Below, piece after piece: positions 60,990 to 64,000 of a stretch of DNA of 64,000 nt. Origin of the DNA: Deltaproteobacteria bacterium (GTDB taxonomy: Bacteria; Myxococcota; Kuafuiibacteriia; Kuafuiibacteriales; Kuafuiibacteriaceae); the NCBI GenBank assembly GCA_040218735.1, contig JAVJQW010000019.1, positions 376,850 to 440,849 of the forward strand, in the 5' to 3' direction. A model generated the notes under the pieces. The model was not told the origin of the DNA and searched no databases. It saw only the letters and a list, made by a program, of their open reading frames with translations. The stretch's first letter is position 1. The number at the start of each line of letters is the position of its first letter. A program made the position numbers and the translations under genes.

Positions 60990-61216
60990 GAGGACTTCGC
61001 TTCGAGGCGTGCGAGTAACTCGGCGCCGTCGACGTGCTGTCCTGCGTCGATCGCGGTCGCAGCGAGCACAAGCGCGGAGTTGATGCGTTGGATCTCCTCC
61101 GCGGCGAGCTCGCCCGATTCGTCGTCCGCGACCAGGTCGAGTACGGTTCCGTCTGGCAGGTCCGTCGGCTCATCCAGGATGAGCCGTCCGCCCTTCACCG
61201 TCGCTCTGAGCGCCAT
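60986..61216 (-). CDS. Putative antitoxin (DUF104/AF2212-like N-terminus)
   Basis: 76 aa, acidic; ATVKGGRLILDEPTDLPDGTVLDL; GTGA overlap with the toxin. Confidence 0.75.
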   Translation of the reverse strand: MALRATVKGGRLILDEPTDLPDGTVLDLVADDESGELAAEEIQRINSALVLAATAIDAGQHVDGAELLARLEAKSS

Positions 61217-61382
61217 CTCAACACGGTATCGTCCTGTGCAGGACTCAGCAACAGGCGACGGATCCGCGCGTCAGGGGCAAGGCGGCTGCTCGGGGCCCCA
61301 ATCCGTCGAGCCGCAACGATCCGAAATGAACGCGCCGACGAACGCCCCTTCGGGTCCAAGGCGCCCTCTCGGAACCCAGACG

Positions 61383-62336
<954 letters not shown>

Positions 62337-62465
62337 TTCGTGCTGCCCTTTCTAGCGGGCCCCGATGTACCGCGCCTGCCGGTTCCTCTGTAGCTCTTGC
62401 CCAATCCTCTTTCCGCCCGCAGAGGGCTTGCCGACACCCCGGGCGGCCGACATCCTCGTCTCGCC

Positions 62466-63332
62466 ATGTCCCTCGAACGGCTCATCGAACGCGCGGATCG
62501 ACGAATCCCTACGAAGAGCGCCGACGGACCCCAGATCCACGCCCCCATCGACGGTCTCCTCCTCCTCCGACAGGGCACGCCGAGCCCCCTCACCGCCACG
62601 ATCTACGAGCCCGTCCTGTGCCTGATCCTCCAGGGCCGAAAACAAGTCGCCATCGGCGAGGAGACCCTCTCCTTCGGTTCCGGCGAGTGCCTCCTCGTCA
62701 GCCACGACCTCCCCGTCACCTCGCGCATCACCAAGGCGCCCTACCTCGCGCTCGTCTTCGAGATCGATCTACCGACCGTGCGCCGCCTCTATGGCGAAGC
62801 CGAAGACACCCTCGGCGACGACGACCACGCGCGCGCCGCACAAACTCACCGCGCCGATCCCAGCCTCGTCGACGCGATCGATCGTTACCTCCAGCTCGCC
62901 GACGCACCGACCGACGCCAAGGTCCTCGGCCCGCTCACCTCACGCGAGATCCACTACCGGCTCCTCACCGCACCGTTCGGCGGGATGCTCCGCAACCTCA
63001 TCCGTCACGACAGCCACGCAAGCTCCGTCTCGCGCGCCATCGCGCACATCCGCGACAATCTCCGCGCGCCGATCGCGATCCCCGAGCTCGCGAAGCGCGT
63101 CGGCATGAGCACCTCCTCGTTCCACAAACACTTCAAGACCATCACGTCCACGACGCCGCTCCAGTACCAAAAGGAGCTGCGCCTCCTCGAAGCCCGCCGA
63201 CTCATGCAGTCCGGAGGCGCCTCCGTCACGAACGTTGCGTTCGACGTGGGTTACGAGAGCCCGAGCCAGTTCAGCCGTGAGTACGCGCGTAAGTTCGGCG
63301 TGCCGCCGAGTCAGGAAGCGCCGTTAGCCTAG
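62466..63332 (+). CDS. AraC family transcriptional regulator (YqhC-like), divergent from the reductase
   Basis: YEP.LCLILQG.K; [28 protein letters not shown]; [13 protein letters not shown]. Confidence 0.95.
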   Translation: MSLERLIERADRRIPTKSADGPQIHAPIDGLLLLRQGTPSPLTATIYEPVLCLILQGRKQVAIGEETLSFGSGECLLVSHDLPVTSRITKAPYLALVFEIDLPTVRRLYGEAEDTLGDDDHARAAQTHRADPSLVDAIDRYLQLADAPTDAKVLGPLTSREIHYRLLTAPFGGMLRNLIRHDSHASSVSRAIAHIRDNLRAPIAIPELAKRVGMSTSSFHKHFKTITSTTPLQYQKELRLLEARRLMQSGGASVTNVAFDVGYESPSQFSREYARKFGVPPSQEAPLA

Positions 63333-63619
63333 CAGCGCGTATCGGATAGCCGGCGCGGGAGTGCCCAGGTCCGGCTTCGCTTTTGGCGTCGGGCGGGGAC
63401 CTCCCCTCCGGTCAGAAGCCGTTCGTCTCGCCGGGTGTGGCCCCTCGGCTTCGCTGTTTGCCGAGGCGGGCGAGCCGAACTGATTCCCTCCAGAGCGTCC
63501 CCGTCCGCCGCCAGCGCTCCGCGTGTCGAGTTGCCTTCACTCGGCGATCCGATGGGGGTGGGTGACCCAGGGAGCTTCGCGCCACTGCGGAGGTGATGCG
63601 ACATGCTGCCCAGGCGCTC

Positions 63620-64000
63620 GCTCCGCTCCGGCGGCGGGCACGCCGACCTCGGTTCGGCTTGCTGGGCCATCGATCGACACGGGGACCCAGCGTTCGCGAT
63701 GGGCAAGGCACGTTGCGCTCCGCGGAGCGGCTCGGCTTTCGGAATCGGCGCGCCCGCCGCCTGCGCTCCACTATTCGCGTTGCCTGATCCCAGCGCAGTA
63801 GGACTGCAGATCAGCTCGAGAGTACGCCGATGCACGCGCTGGGTTTGGGCAACACGTCCAGCGGAGCGCAGACATCGGGCGCGGCGATTCCGACAGCCGG
63901 ACCGCCACGCCGATGCACCCAGGTACTGCCGAGCGTCGCAACGCGATCCCCGCGCCGGACGGTCGCCCGGCAAGCCGAACCGAGGTCGCCGCGCCCGATG
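63620..64000. repeat. Cluster of REP/BIME-like imperfect repeats in alternating orientation
   Basis: 63644-63662 is the exact reverse complement of 63970-63988; 63873-63887 is the exact reverse complement of 63986-64000; about 63727-63769 pairs imperfectly with about 63863-63905. Confidence 0.75.

Noticed and set aside
63329-63973. 214-aa minus-strand ORF and other ORFs at the right edge
   Set aside because: No motif, weak codon bias and Arg/Ala/Pro/Ser-rich shadow composition; the region is dominated by inverted repeats.

Overview
A 64-kb, very GC-rich (roughly 70% by eye), gene-dense chromosomal segment. The gene content points to Myxococcota or a related deltaproteobacterium: Cys-rich lipoproteins, a myxobacterial-type OMP barrel, and several PilZ, FHA and J-domain signalling proteins. 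Housekeeping or well-known genes are feoA/feoB with a Fur-box-like palindrome, an Slt transglycosylase, mgtE, an NtrC-type activator, tag, gltB (no gltD nearby), glnE, an ECF sigma/NrsF-like pair, OsmC, PIG-L, M50, BI-1/YccA, a RelE/ParE TA pair, an aldo-keto reductase and an AraC regulator. I saw no rRNA, tRNA, CRISPR array, integrase or transposase. The most interesting items are five. (1) A translationally coupled four-gene operon (ECF sigma, zinc anti-sigma with an exported DUF4384-like domain, exported caspase-family protease, double RCC1-propeller lipoprotein) that looks like a protease-triggered trans-envelope signalling system. (2) A polymorphic-toxin-like gene with a lower-GC PIN-like nuclease tip, a cognate zinc-ribbon immunity gene, and a sigma-54-like promoter with a palindromic site. 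(3) A pentaheme cytochrome lipoprotein coupled to a TPR protein. (4) A DUF1036-PDZ gene at the left edge that the ORF track missed. (5) A cluster of REP/BIME-like inverted repeats at the right edge. All family assignments come from motifs recognised by eye, not from database searches, and several start codons were re-chosen by hand.
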